This document shows positions 52,825 through 64,000 of a stretch of DNA of 64,000 nucleotides, one piece after another; position 1 is the first letter of the stretch, and every line of letters starts with the position of its first letter. The translations under genes and the position numbers were made by a program. Below the pieces are notes generated by a model. That model searched no databases and was not told where the DNA came from. It worked only from the letters and a program-made list of their open reading frames with translations. The stretch comes from Octopus sinensis (taxonomy: Eukaryota): NCBI RefSeq assembly GCF_006345805.1, contig NC_043019.1:25729360-25793359 (forward strand), in the 5' to 3' direction.

Positions 52825-53725
52825 GGAAGGCGATGTAGAATAAGCTTAAAAAGTATTTTGTCTCCTGATACGTAGCAAGCTTTCTGTACATGAGACGTAC
52901 ATGATGACGACTAGTCTGGGCGATTTATCTGATATTTCAGCGAACAACAATACAATTTCTACAGCATTGAGTTTCAGCTATTTTGACATTTGCTGAGAGA
53001 GAAAAACGTCAAATTATGTGTGTGACTGGTTAAATGGTAAAACATGGCCGACATTGCTCAACGTCAAATGCAATGGAAAGGAAGCGAGCAGATCCATTGA
53101 CATGCAACATACGCAACTGTTTTCTATACATGCGAAATCGTGTGTGTCTGTGTGTGTATGCATGTGTACATGTGTGTGTGTGCGTGCGTGTGTGCATGTG
53201 TGTGCGTATCCGTACTTCTTTATGGAATTTCCTGAACAGTCGAAATAACTGAGACACACGTAAATGCATTTGTGAATGTAGGTGAGTTGTGTGTGTGTAC
53301 GTCACACATCCAGGTGTGTGTGTGTGTATGTGGTAAGTGCTGTCTGTGTGTGGATGGATGGATGGATATGTATGTGTGTGTGTGCATATGTATGCTTATA
53401 TGTATATCTATGTCTGTGTGTGTGAATGGTTATGTGTGTATGTGTCTATGTATGAATACTTCTTACAACTGTGCGCTTTCAACAAAGACGAAAGGTTGTC
53501 AGGCATGTGTTGTCTGGGGTAGGCCATCTCTAGGCTAATACTGAGACCAAATATCTTACTATACAGATGCAGAAATACGATCCAAAAGAACTTGCTTTAT
53601 GTGCAACTAAATCGCAGTCCTCTGCATTAAAAAAATCACGAATAAAGAGTGAACGACATATGCGTTGACAGCAAAACACAGCAAGCGGAAGGGACTAACA
53701 GAACATCGCTGCCTCATGTTAGATT

Positions 53726-53815
53726 CCAGAATGCCTCACATGTATACCAGAATACCGCACAAACATCCCAGATTACCTCACAAATAGCCAAGAATAGCTC
53801 ACATATAATACAGAA
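53726..53815. repeat. Cryptic minisatellite with a period of about 21 bp
   Basis: ccagaatgcctcacatgtata / ccagaataccgcacaaacatc / ccagattacctcacaaatag / ccaagaatagctcacatataata. Confidence 0.6.
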
Positions 53816-54208
53816 GAGCAAGAAAATCATGAAATAGAGCAGTAGTAAATTAGAAGAGAAATAGACTTGGAGTAAGGATGTCACCGTTTTGACAGCATTT
53901 TCCTACAAGAATGGATCCCCATCGTCTTCACACTGACATTGATCCTTGCTACCATTTCATCGTGAAATGGTTTAATTATTGATGCAGATTTGATCTGAAC
54001 AACCATATATGCAAAGCATTTTCAACAGAGATGCTTTAATTACAGTACGAAGGCTTCTGTTTGTTGAAGAAGAACCTAGAAAAGATCTGTTTTGTTCATA
54101 ACGCCTTGTTTTCATATATCTTACTGTAAAGATCACAGCATTTGTTTATCTCGCTGGGCAACGTACTCAATCGTTTTGACTTTGTAGATCGGGATCACTT
54201 CTCTAAGA

Positions 54209-54355
54209 CAGGAACGGGCAATCTTTTTGAAGACGCGGCTCGTATAAGACATGGATAAACATCAGGCAGGCCGCACTGGTAAAAGAAATCAATTTAATTT
54301 TCCATTTAGGTGTGACACTCAGAAAGTCTCAAGGGTCGCAGTTTGCCTATGATTG
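54209..54355. mobile_element. Small hAT-type MITE
   Basis: The ends caggaacgggcaa and ttgcctatgattg are degenerate inverted repeats. The 8-bp flanks ctctaaga/ctatatga match at 6 of 8. Confidence 0.55.
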
Positions 54356-55571
54356 CTATATGACTTCAGGAAGCAGTTGATTCCTTCATGGTTCCTGAGT
54401 CTTGTGTCTGATCCCCGTGTATCACTAACAGGCGTACAAATGCTGCCGTGTATCGTGTCTGGATATTTCCTATTCCTTCTCAAGCGTAAATATTCTTAAG
54501 CGCTTTCATCAGATATGGTTAAGGCATATTCTAAATGCCATCTGATCCTTGCGGATAATAAACACATCCATTTTAAATGAAGCCGAAGTTGTGAGCATCG
54601 AGGTAATGCTTGCGTTTGGCCGGTAACCAGATATAACACAATAAATGCATCATTTCCGCTTCCAAAAATGGCAATAATGTACAAATTATCAGCATAAACC
54701 ATCAAAAGCCCATTACTGCGTTCAGAAGCGAGGTGAAGAGCTAAGGACTTCCATTGACCTGGCTTTTGTATTGAAAACATTATCGCTATAAGCCAATGCC
54801 CCTACAATACCATATTGATTAGAACAACTGGTGTGACACAGCTATTTATATAATAACATCAAAACATTACCCCTGAGAATAGATATAAGCACGATCGAGA
54901 AAATAGAAATATCTGGATCTATGCATATACTTGGATCATTCTGACGAAGTCTTTGTATTTATGTTAACGTTGATTGTATTTATGTTAACGTATTATTGAA
55001 CGTTGATTGTCTCTGTTAACCTTGAATACTCCCATGTAATATTTACCGAACAATGCAGTATTCCAATCAATTAACTCAAATGTGAGCAGCTTTAGAATAG
55101 ATTTACAAGCATTTCAAAGAAGAAAAGAATTTCAATAGAATATTAAACCTGATGTAAGCTTAGCAAACGTGCATAATAGGGTGGAAGAAATTGTGTTCCA
55201 GTGCATAAAATCGCAAAGAGAACAGAAAAAGCAATACTTTCACAAAAGAATGAAACCCGGTTTAAATTAAAGAATGGAATTGGTAATGCAGTGCATATAT
55301 GTTGCGGTGATTGTGAGATCCAACGGAGAGGAACATTGCAAGCATGGCTCAGTGATCAGGATGGTAAAGGAATGCGCCCAAGTTTAGATTCCTTGGGTGG
55401 TATATTGGACAAATTCTTCAATAATACTTCCGCATTTACCAATACGTAGGAATGGAATTTGGGAGATCAAAACTGTTCGAAACCCCCACTCATATATGTA
55501 GGAATGTGCATGTATGCATGTATTTCTATGGATAATCTATATACATGAGTATGTATGTATGTATGTATGTA

Positions 55572-55895
55572 TGACTGAGTGGTTAGAGCGTCAGGCTCAC
55601 AATCATGAGGTAGTGAGTTCGACTCCCGGATCTGGCCGTGTATTGTGTATTTGATCAAGACACTTAATTTCACGTTGCTCCAGTTCACTCAGCTGTAGAA
55701 ATGAATTGCGTTGTCACTGGTGCCAAGCTGTATCGGCCTTTGCCTTTCCCTTGGATAACACTGGTGGCATGGAGAGGGGAGATTGGTGTGCATGGGTGAC
55801 TGCTGGTCTTCCATAAAACAACCTTGCCCGCACTTGTGCCTCGAAGGGGAACTTTGTAAGTGAAATCCCATGGTTATTTATAACCAAAGGAGGGC
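55572..55895 (+). mobile_element. SINE family D
   Basis: Homologous to 19961-20292. Confidence 0.88.
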
Positions 55896-56049
55896 TTTAT
55901 ATTCATATGTATGTCTGTCTGTATGTATGTATGTATGTATGTATGTATGTATGTATGTATGTACGTAACTATGTATGAGTTATAGCATCTTGCTTTTCGT
56001 TGTTATGTCAACGGTCTTTTCGTTATAGTGGTGCTCAAATAAAAAAAAT

Positions 56050-56285
56050 GTTCCTTCTCGAGCCATGCCAGGCTCATAAGGGCCAGTTTCCCGGTTTCAT
56101 TGGCGTAGTAATTCCCCACCTCGACGGGACGCCGGATTACTCATTTTTGCCAGCTGAGTGGACTGGTGCAACGTGAAAATGAAGTGTTTTGCTCAACAAC
56201 ACAACACATCGCCCGGTCCAGGAATAGAATCCACAACCTTAATATCATGAGTTCAACACCCTAACCACTAAGCCACGCACCACCT
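56050..56285 (-). mobile_element. SINE with family D head and core but a different 3' tail
   Basis: Minus strand has the shared core ttgagcaaaacacttcattttcacgttgcaccagtccactcagctgg, then a tail ending ...cccttatgagcctggcatggctcgagaagg that is unlike family D. Confidence 0.7.
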
Positions 56286-56369
56286 CAGTAGTGTTCACCA
56301 ATAAAACTAAAATATAGCATCGTAAAACTAACATTCATAAAGTGTACTCCAAGTGGCTTAGATGCACAA

Positions 56370-56520
56370 GTCACAGATATCCAAGAGATTGAAAGTGTCG
56401 GCAGAAGGGCACCCAAGAATCAAAACCTGGATGCAACTCAGCCTCTTAGACTGTATGAAGTTAAGGGCCGAAACATCTTCTCTGAAGACTTTCTGCTGTT
56501 TAGCTCTCTTGAGAGTCCCC
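56370..56520 (+). mobile_element. Possible heavily decayed CR1/L2-type RT C-terminal remnant
   Basis: TDIQEIESVGRRAPK resembles the 'DI..LE.VQRRATK' motif. The rest is not clearly alignable by eye. Confidence 0.3.
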
Positions 56521-57362
56521 TACCACCACCAACACGCACTGTACCAATAAGCCATAGATACCGGGACCATTTATTCCGAGCAACAATAGACTATTGGTAC
56601 CAGATCGTTGATCCGACTCGATAATAAGCTACAGGCGCCAGACCATTTATCTGGCACGACGATATGCTATAGCTACCAGGACATTTAACCGATAAACTTG
56701 TCGCTTTGAGCTAGCTGCATTTGGAGTGGTATGGACTGAAGTTTAGTATATTGATAATATAGCAATTATTAGTTTGAAACAATCTTTTCTTCCTTTTAAA
56801 AACAAATAAACACAAACATAAACGAAAATGAATAATGATTGTTATCAATTAGTTTTTATACTTCCCTGTCGTCACCTTAGATAAGATCTTTAATGGATTG
56901 ACTCTCCACTCCATGCAGTCATAACTCCCATTAACGTATGGCTTAAAATAAACAATGAATACTAAAGAACGAAACTCTATTCAGCAGAAACAAATTAACA
57001 CACTCGTAAAATACGGTCCGTGTCATGCATATTAATCCACTTGAAATTCTCGTAAAATGGATCCTACACTGGCATATCGAGCGCAAACTGCTTCGTTTTC
57101 TTTCTTTCCACAAGAGCAGGTTGCTATCGTGCAGAGTATCTTAGAGGGGCGGGATAATTTATGACACTTTCATAAATTTCAATTTTTAATATCTGAAATG
57201 ATTCCAGACTTTATTTAGAATTCTAATGGTGCTTTTGTTTTACAACTTGGAAACACGTACGAATTGAACGCACGCTGGTATCAGCGCGAGATGTGCTAAT
57301 ATTGGTTGGAATTTGCAATTCTCTTAAACCTATCAACAATAATAAGTAAATATCTCTGCCAC

Positions 57363-57399
<37 letters not shown>

Positions 57400-57690
57400 A
57401 AATAAGCAACAAGGATATCCAGAGGTAATGCAGTACGATCGTTTCATGCAACTCCAATTAATTGAACAATGCAATCATTACATGAATTAAAATGTAGAGC
57501 AATCTTCAACTGCACAAAGGCAGGCATAGAATCTAATTAAATTAGAACAGATGGACACATTAGTATAATTATACCTAAAATCTCCAAGAACTGAAGGAAA
57601 TAGATAAAAAAACATCTCTACTTCAGCATAGAAGTTATCTTTGTGGCTTCTTTTGATTTTAATCACCTTACGTATGGATAATACCGTTCT

Positions 57691-57990
57691 AAATGGCCCA
57701 GTGGTTAGAGCAGGGGACTCGCGGACGTAGGATCGCGGTTTCGATTCCCAGACAGGGCGTTGTGAGTGTTTATTGAGCGAAAACACCTAAAGCTCCACGA
57801 GGCTCCGGCAGGGGATGGTGGCAATCCCTGCTGTACTCTTTCGCCACAACTTTCTCTCACTCTTTCTTCTGTTTGGTCTGCTCGCTTAGCCAGCGGGGTG
57901 GCGTCATTTGAAGGCTAAAACAATGCGAAGTGCATTGTGACCAGCGATGTGTAGTAACATCTGATAACCTGATCGGTCACGGTCACGGTG
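57691..57990 (+). mobile_element. SINE family C head and body with an alternative tail (tail alone also at about 43352-43460)
   Basis: It matches 26105 up to ctttctctcactctt, then continues ctgctcgcttagccagcggggtggcgtcatttgaaggctaaaacaatgcg, which is shared with about 43355. Confidence 0.85.
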
Positions 57991-58011
57991 ATATATGTAT
58001 ATATATGTATG

Positions 58012-58098
<87 letters not shown>

Positions 58099-58888
58099 AT
58101 ATATATATATAATAGTAACACAAGCCTGTCATATGTTCTGCCCTTTAATGCGGTGCATGTACAAAATTGGACAAGAATCTCCTCCCAAAACTGTCTTTTG
58201 AAATCGTGTGTGGCGTTTGACGAAAACACACGCGCGCATACTCAATTAAAGAGAGAGAGAGTCGAGGGAGAGAGAGAGAGCGAGAATGCATACCTGGAAG
58301 TAACATTATTTATTTTAAATGCTATTTATAGCAACATAAGATCATGGAAACATTAACAGGGCATTAACAGAGATTAACAGGGCATTAACAGGCTATCTTA
58401 CCACAAAGAATGATCTCTTTAAATGGGAGAAATAGCAACCACATTTCTCATAAATTACGCTCAATTTTTTTCAAAGGACGAACTCCCGTTACATAATGTA
58501 ATCTTATATATTCCACTTGAACGGAAGACGGATATTATCGCCAAAATTTAAATGTTTTACCTCACATTTTCACGCAGTATTAATTCGCTTTTCTATAATT
58601 AACTAATTAAATTTTATATATTTATAATACACAATATAGGAATTCTCAATCACCATCTCTAGCAATTCCATTCTTGTAAATTAATTATTTTAAATATCCT
58701 GTAGTTTTGAACAAATTAATACCAAAATAGATGTAAAACTGCTCGCACATTTCCTGTCATTCTTTCTTTCAGTAAATCTCTTTACGTAAACCACATTATA
58801 AACATTGAATTCCAGCCATAAATCATGACAATTTTCTCTGAGAAGGTTGCGTCATTAATTCACAGAATCGCTGATACGCTGTTCGCTC

Positions 58889-59081
58889 AAAATGCTTAGC
58901 AGAATTTCCTTCCACTTTTACGTTCTGAGTTCAAATTCCTCCGAGGTTGACTCTGCTTTTCATCCTTTCGGAGTCGATACATTAAGTACCAGTTGCGTAC
59001 TGGAGTCGATGTGTGCGACTGGCCTCTCCCCTAAAATTTCGGGACTTATGCCTAGTGTAGAAAAGATTATTATTATTATTA

Positions 59082-59121
<40 letters not shown>

Positions 59122-59771
59122 GGTGTCGAGCTGGCAGAATCGTTAGCGCACCGGACAAAATGCTTAGCAGTATTTCGCCGGTCGCTGCGTTCTGAGTTCA
59201 AATTTCGCCGTGATCAACTTTGCCTTCAATCTTTTAGGGGTCGATAAATTAAGAACCTGTGAAACACTAGAGTCAATGTAATCGACTTGTTCCCTTCCCC
59301 CAAATTTGAGGACTTGTGCCTCCAGTAGAAAGGTTTATTATTGTTGTTGTTGTTATTTTTTTTTATTAAGGTGGCGAGCTGGCAGAATCGTTTGCGCACC
59401 GGACGGAATGCTTAACGGTATTTCGTTTGCTGCTACGTTCTGAGTTCAAATTCCGCCGAGGTCGACTTTACCTTTCATCCTTTCGGGGTCGATTAAATAA
59501 GTACCAGTTACGCACTGGGTTCGATATAATCGACTTAATCCGTTTGTCTGTCCTTGTTTGTCCTCTCTGTGTTTAGCCCCTTGTGGGTAGTAAAGAAATA
59601 GGTATTTCGCCCGTCGCTATGTTCTGAGTTCAAATTCTGCCACGGTTGAATTACCTTTCTTCCTTTCGGGGTCGATAAAATAAAGTACCAATTGAACACT
59701 GGGATCGATATAATCGACTCATTCCCTCCACCAAAATTGCTGCCCTTGTGGCAAAATTTGAAACCGTTCTC

Positions 59772-59802
<31 letters not shown>

Positions 59803-59804
59803 TT

Positions 59805-59835
<31 letters not shown>

Positions 59836-60010
59836 TTATTATTATTTCGTCTGCAGTTAGGTTCTGAGTTCAAATTCCGCCGATGTCGACTTTGCCTTTC
59901 ATCCTTTAGGGGTCGATAAATTAAGTACCAGTTCACTGGGGTCGATGTAATCGACTTAATCTGTTTGTCTGTCCCCTCTGTTTTTAGCCCCTTGTGGGTA
60001 GTAAAGAAAT
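58889..60010 (+). mobile_element. Cluster of five co-oriented SINE family B monomers separated by (TTA)n/(TCT)n tracts
   Basis: The central domain cctttcatcc..gtcga..aagtacc (or a diverged version) occurs at about 58955, 59220, 59470, 59655 and 59895. Confidence 0.88.
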
Positions 60011-60036
60011 AATAATAATAATTATTATTATTATTA

Positions 60037-60067
<31 letters not shown>

Positions 60068-60557
60068 AATTATTACTATTATTATTATTATTATTGTCTT
60101 GAATTTAAAATTTGATAGTAGTATTGATTTCCTCCATTTTATTCATCACATCTAAACGTATATTTCCTTTTTATATCAATCTATATAAACTAGAAATAAA
60201 CTACATACATACATACATACATACATACATACATACATACATACATACATACATCTTGATTTCAGTGTTATCTCCCTCTACGTTATCCATCACCTCTATA
60301 AATTATTACTTTACAGGTCGCGACGAATCGAAAATAAAGTTCTCGCTTTATCTTAATTTCAATTTGGAGATTTTACAAAGTTGTGAAAGCAAAATACGAA
60401 GAAATTCAAACTTTCTAATGATTATTTATCACGCAATTTCTGATGTGAGCATATTTACTGCGAGATTCTTTCGAATTCATTTCTCCTCCGTCGCCATCTT
60501 AAAAGCCATATGTCTTTATTACTTGGCGCTTTTTCTTTTTTTTTCTTTTTGTGTGTA

Positions 60558-60979
60558 CCTCTTTACTCTTTACTCTTTTACTTGTTTCAGTCATTTGACT
60601 GCGGCCATGCTGGAGCACCACCTTAAATCGAGCAACTCGACCCCGGGACTTATTCTTTTGTAAGCCCAGTACTTATTCTATCGGTCTCTTTTGCCGAACC
60701 GCTAAGAAACGGGGACATAAACACACCAGCATCGGTTGTCAAGCAATGCTAGGGAGACAATCACAGACACACAAACATACACGCACACACACATATATAT
60801 ATATATACATATATACGACGGGCTTCTTTCAGTTTCTGTCTACCAAATCTACTCACAAGGCTTTGGTCGGCCCGAGGCTATAGCAGAAGACACTTGCCCA
60901 AGGTGCCACGCAGTGGGACTGAACCCGGAACCATGTGGTTGGTAAACAAGCTACTTACCACACAGCCACACCTGCGCCT
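60558..60979 (-). mobile_element. SINE family A, full length
   Basis: Very similar to 2143-2555. Confidence 0.92.
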
Positions 60980-61039
60980 ATTCTACCTTTAGCTAATTGA
61001 CCAAAACCTGGTCGCTGCAAATGAAATATTATTAAAAAC

Positions 61040-61705
61040 CTTATCAAGCATTTGAGAAGGCCCGTCTATTCCTTTTCCTTTTCTTATACTTCCGTTTCTT
61101 CTTCTTTCTCCTTCTCTTCTTCTTATCCTTCTTTTTCTTCTTCTTTACCTTCTTCCTCGTCATTATCTTCTTTTTCCTCATCATCATTACAATCTTCTTT
61201 CTTCTTCTTCTTTCTTTCTTTTCTTCTTCTTTTCTTTTCTTTTCTTTTTTCTTATTTCTTTTTTCTTCTTCTTCATCGGCGTCATCGTCGTCATCGACGT
61301 TGTGTTCATCATCTACTTCACTTTCCTCTTCGTGTCCTTCTTCCTCTTCATTTTCTTCATTTTCTTCATCATCTACTTCTTCTTTTCTTCTTCCTTCTCT
61401 TCCCCTTATCATCATAAGCATCATCATCATTATCATCAGCGTCTTCATTTTCTCCTTTATTTTCTTCATCTCCATCTTCTCCTTCTTTTTCTCCTTTACC
61501 TTCTTCATCATCGCTACCATCTTTTTCCTCTTCTCCTTCTTCTTCGTCGTCGTCGTTGTTCACTATTATCATCTACTTCACTTTCCTTTTCATCTTCTTC
61601 ATCTTCATATTCTTCATGTTCTTCATCATCTACTTCTTCCTTCTTTTCCTTCTGCCTCATTTTTCTCCGCTCCTTTCCATCTTCTCTTTTTCTCTCCAAC
61701 TCCAC
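61040..61705. repeat. Degenerate (TCT)n/(TCA)n polypyrimidine tract with an internal duplication
   Basis: tcatctacttcactttcc occurs at about 61308 and 61571. The plus strand is strongly pyrimidine-biased. Confidence 0.88.
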
Positions 61706-61839
61706 AGCAACATCTAGAGATTGATACCTGATAAATGACAAAAATATGATACCTTCTGCAAAGTATAACTCGGATAACTAGCCCCACAGTATCTCATTAG
61801 TTCGAACATATTTATCGTAACATTGATGCATACACCCAT

Positions 61840-62375
61840 ACGACACCGCTGACAATGATTTCGAGGCAAGCTAAGACTGGATATGAACTGAAGGGTCACT
61901 AACAAAAATGTTAAGCACTTGTTATTTACGGATGACTTCAAGCTTTGCAGTAAGGATGAATTCCAGATCAGTTCCCTCGTTGATACGGTGAATACAATTA
62001 GTGCTGACGTCAGAATGAAGGTTGGATTGAAAAGCGTAGTTTTGAACAGAAGCAAAATTGAACATATGGATGGAGTGTGTTACCATCGGGGAGGTTAGAA
62101 GAGGCAGGTTATAAGTACTTGGTGATAATTGACAGAGTAATAGAGGAGGAAATGGTGGGAAGTTTTAAAATAGAATGAATACATACGCAGACTGAGACTT
62201 GTCTCCAAGTCGACATTGAAAAGACGGAGTAAGATTGAAGCTATTAACTTCAACATGGGTGGTCATCACTCCTAAGTTATGGAGCAGGAGTAATTGCGTG
62301 GACAATAGAGGAGCTGAACAGCTTATCCCAGACCGGAACACTAGAAACTTATTAAGTATCTATAAACCGACATAT
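61840..62375 (+). mobile_element. Decayed R4/Dong-clade reverse transcriptase fragment
   Basis: Translates across frameshifts to TPLTMISRQAKTGYELKG / VKHLLFTDDFKLCSKDEFQISSLVDTVNTISADVRMKVGLK / EEAGYKYL / [23 protein letters not shown] / [17 protein letters not shown] / [11 protein letters not shown]. This includes the xDD catalytic motif. Confidence 0.9.
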
Positions 62376-62459
62376 ATATATATATGTGTGTGTGCGCGTG
62401 TGTGTGTGTGTGTGAGTGTGGTGTGTATACATATATGTATATATATGTATATATATATG

Positions 62460-62579
<120 letters not shown>

Positions 62580-62913
62580 GAGACTCCCTTTGGTCACGAC
62601 ACTGACTATAGGATTGCACCTAGAAAGTTACCCTCCCAGGCACAAGTCTGGGCAAGGTTGTTTATGGAAGGCCAGCAGTTGCCCATGCATACCAGCCTCC
62701 CTTCTCCACGCCAACAGCTTTATCCAAGGGAAAAGCAAGGGCCGATACAACTTGGCACCTGTGACGTCGCAACTCATTTCCACAGCTGAGTGAATTGGAA
62801 CAACGTGAAATAAAGTGTCTTGTTGAAGAACACAACACGCAACCCGGTCCGGGATTCGAGCTCACAACCTAACGATCGTAGGCTCGACGCTCTAACCACT
62901 GAGCCATGCGCCT
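62580..62913 (-). mobile_element. SINE family D, full length
   Basis: Reverse complement of the 19961-20292 family. Confidence 0.92.
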
Positions 62914-62919
62914 TCACAT

Positions 62920-62979
<60 letters not shown>

Positions 62980-63283
62980 GTATGTATGTATATAATCAGT
63001 ATTCAATTAATAGATGAAAACAAAAGAAAATGGAGGCTTGAAAGTTAATAATTATTTATTAATTGAATGATACTTCATACTTCCTACAGATGTTTCATTC
63101 GTGCTCATGAAATGAAATACAATTTTATGCTTTAAATTTGCATTTATAAGATACGAACACAATATCATCAGGGTAAAAGATATACGATAAAAATTACATG
63201 TTGACCTCTTATGGGGTTATTTAGGTGTAGAACCAGTGGTTTCTTGCAATCATCCAATAAAGAGTTTAATATATCCTCTAATT

Positions 63284-63591
63284 GGATGGAAGCACTCCGT
63301 CGGTTACGACGATGAGGGTTCCGGTTGATCCGACCAACGGAACAGCCTGCTCGTGAAATTAACGTGTAAGTGGCTGAGCACTCCACAGACACGTGTACCC
63401 TTAACGTAGTTCTCGGGGATATTCAGCGTGACACAGAGAGTGACAAGGCCGGCCCTTTGAAATACAGGTACAACAGAAACAGGAAGTAAGAGTGAGAGAA
63501 AGTTGTGGTGAAAGAGTACAGCAGGGTTCACCACCAACCCCTGCCGGAGCCTCGTGGAGCTTTAGGTGTTTTCGCTCAATAAACACTCGCA
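63284..63591 (-). mobile_element. 5'-truncated SINE family C with 11-bp TSD
   Basis: atcctctaatt occurs at 63273-63283 and 63592-63602. The tRNA-like head is absent. Confidence 0.9.
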
Positions 63592-63604
63592 ATCCTCTAA
63601 TTAA

Positions 63605-63665
<61 letters not shown>

Positions 63666-64000
63666 CATTCTTAAAGTGCCCGAAGGACATGCAGTAATAC
63701 CAGTAAACACTTGCCCAGTTTCTGCTCAGTGGTCTCTAAACATGAACCACGTGTTTGTGAACCGAACTCGTTACCCATAGAGCCACCTTTCCAATATATT
63801 TTAACGCATTAGATCGAATATTACCCCAAGCTTAATATATCTATTTACCAATTTCATAGTTTATTTGAGGCCAGTTTCATATTGTAGTGTCTCTTTTAAT
63901 TTTGTCCTTATATGTTTTTTCCTTCGTCTGTTCAATTGCTTCCATTATCTAATGGATATTTACTAAGGCAAGTTACATTAGTTCTCTAATTGAAACTGTT

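Noticed and set aside
54496-54780. 94-aa minus ORF containing YADNL (RT YADD-like)
   Set aside because: No other RT motifs lie at the expected spacing, so the single-motif match is likely coincidental.
56445-56487. ctgtatga...ggccgaaac hammerhead-like spacing
   Set aside because: The core has an insertion, stem II does not pair and there is no GUH. It also overlaps a possible LINE remnant.
57058-57165. Frame reading QEQVAIVQSILEGRDNL, reminiscent of a RecQ/DEAD-box start
   Set aside because: It stops before any Walker A (PTGxGKS) motif, and no continuation was found in other frames.
61044-61731. Several 120-158 aa charged or hydrophobic ORFs
   Set aside because: They arise on both strands and in several frames from the degenerate (TCT)/(TCA) tract, which is typical of simple-sequence artefacts.

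Overview
AT-rich eukaryotic nuclear DNA saturated with microsatellites ((TA)n, (TG)n, (TATG)n, (TAGA)n, (TAA)n, (GAT)n, (TCT)n) and transposon debris. The repeat families look like those of an octopod cephalopod (pattern-based inference, not a search result). No host protein-coding gene can be confidently identified, and almost every ORF in the supplied track is a microsatellite artefact. Supportable content: a decayed, 5'-truncated Penelope-like retroelement (591-1833, -); five 3'-end fragments (all minus strand, within 10.3-15.7 kb) and one RT fragment (61.8-62.4 kb) of R4/Dong-clade non-LTR retrotransposons; two decayed mariner transposase fragments and a mariner MITE; hAT-, piggyBac- and Helitron-type non-autonomous elements; two long-arm foldbacks; about 40 copies or fragments of four tRNA-headed SINE families (labelled A-D here), several with exact 11-18 bp target-site duplications; and a 1.7-kb tandem duplication. 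Best leads: (1) a type I hammerhead ribozyme motif with a complete catalytic core on the minus strand at 42792-42844, with no adjacent coding element; (2) a tandem array of a 217-bp TIR element whose flanks are inverted (TTA)n/(TAA)n tracts (10.5-13.2 kb), interleaved with co-oriented R4/Dong insertions; (3) dimeric and trimeric SINE units inserted as single events. Coordinates of decayed elements are approximate.
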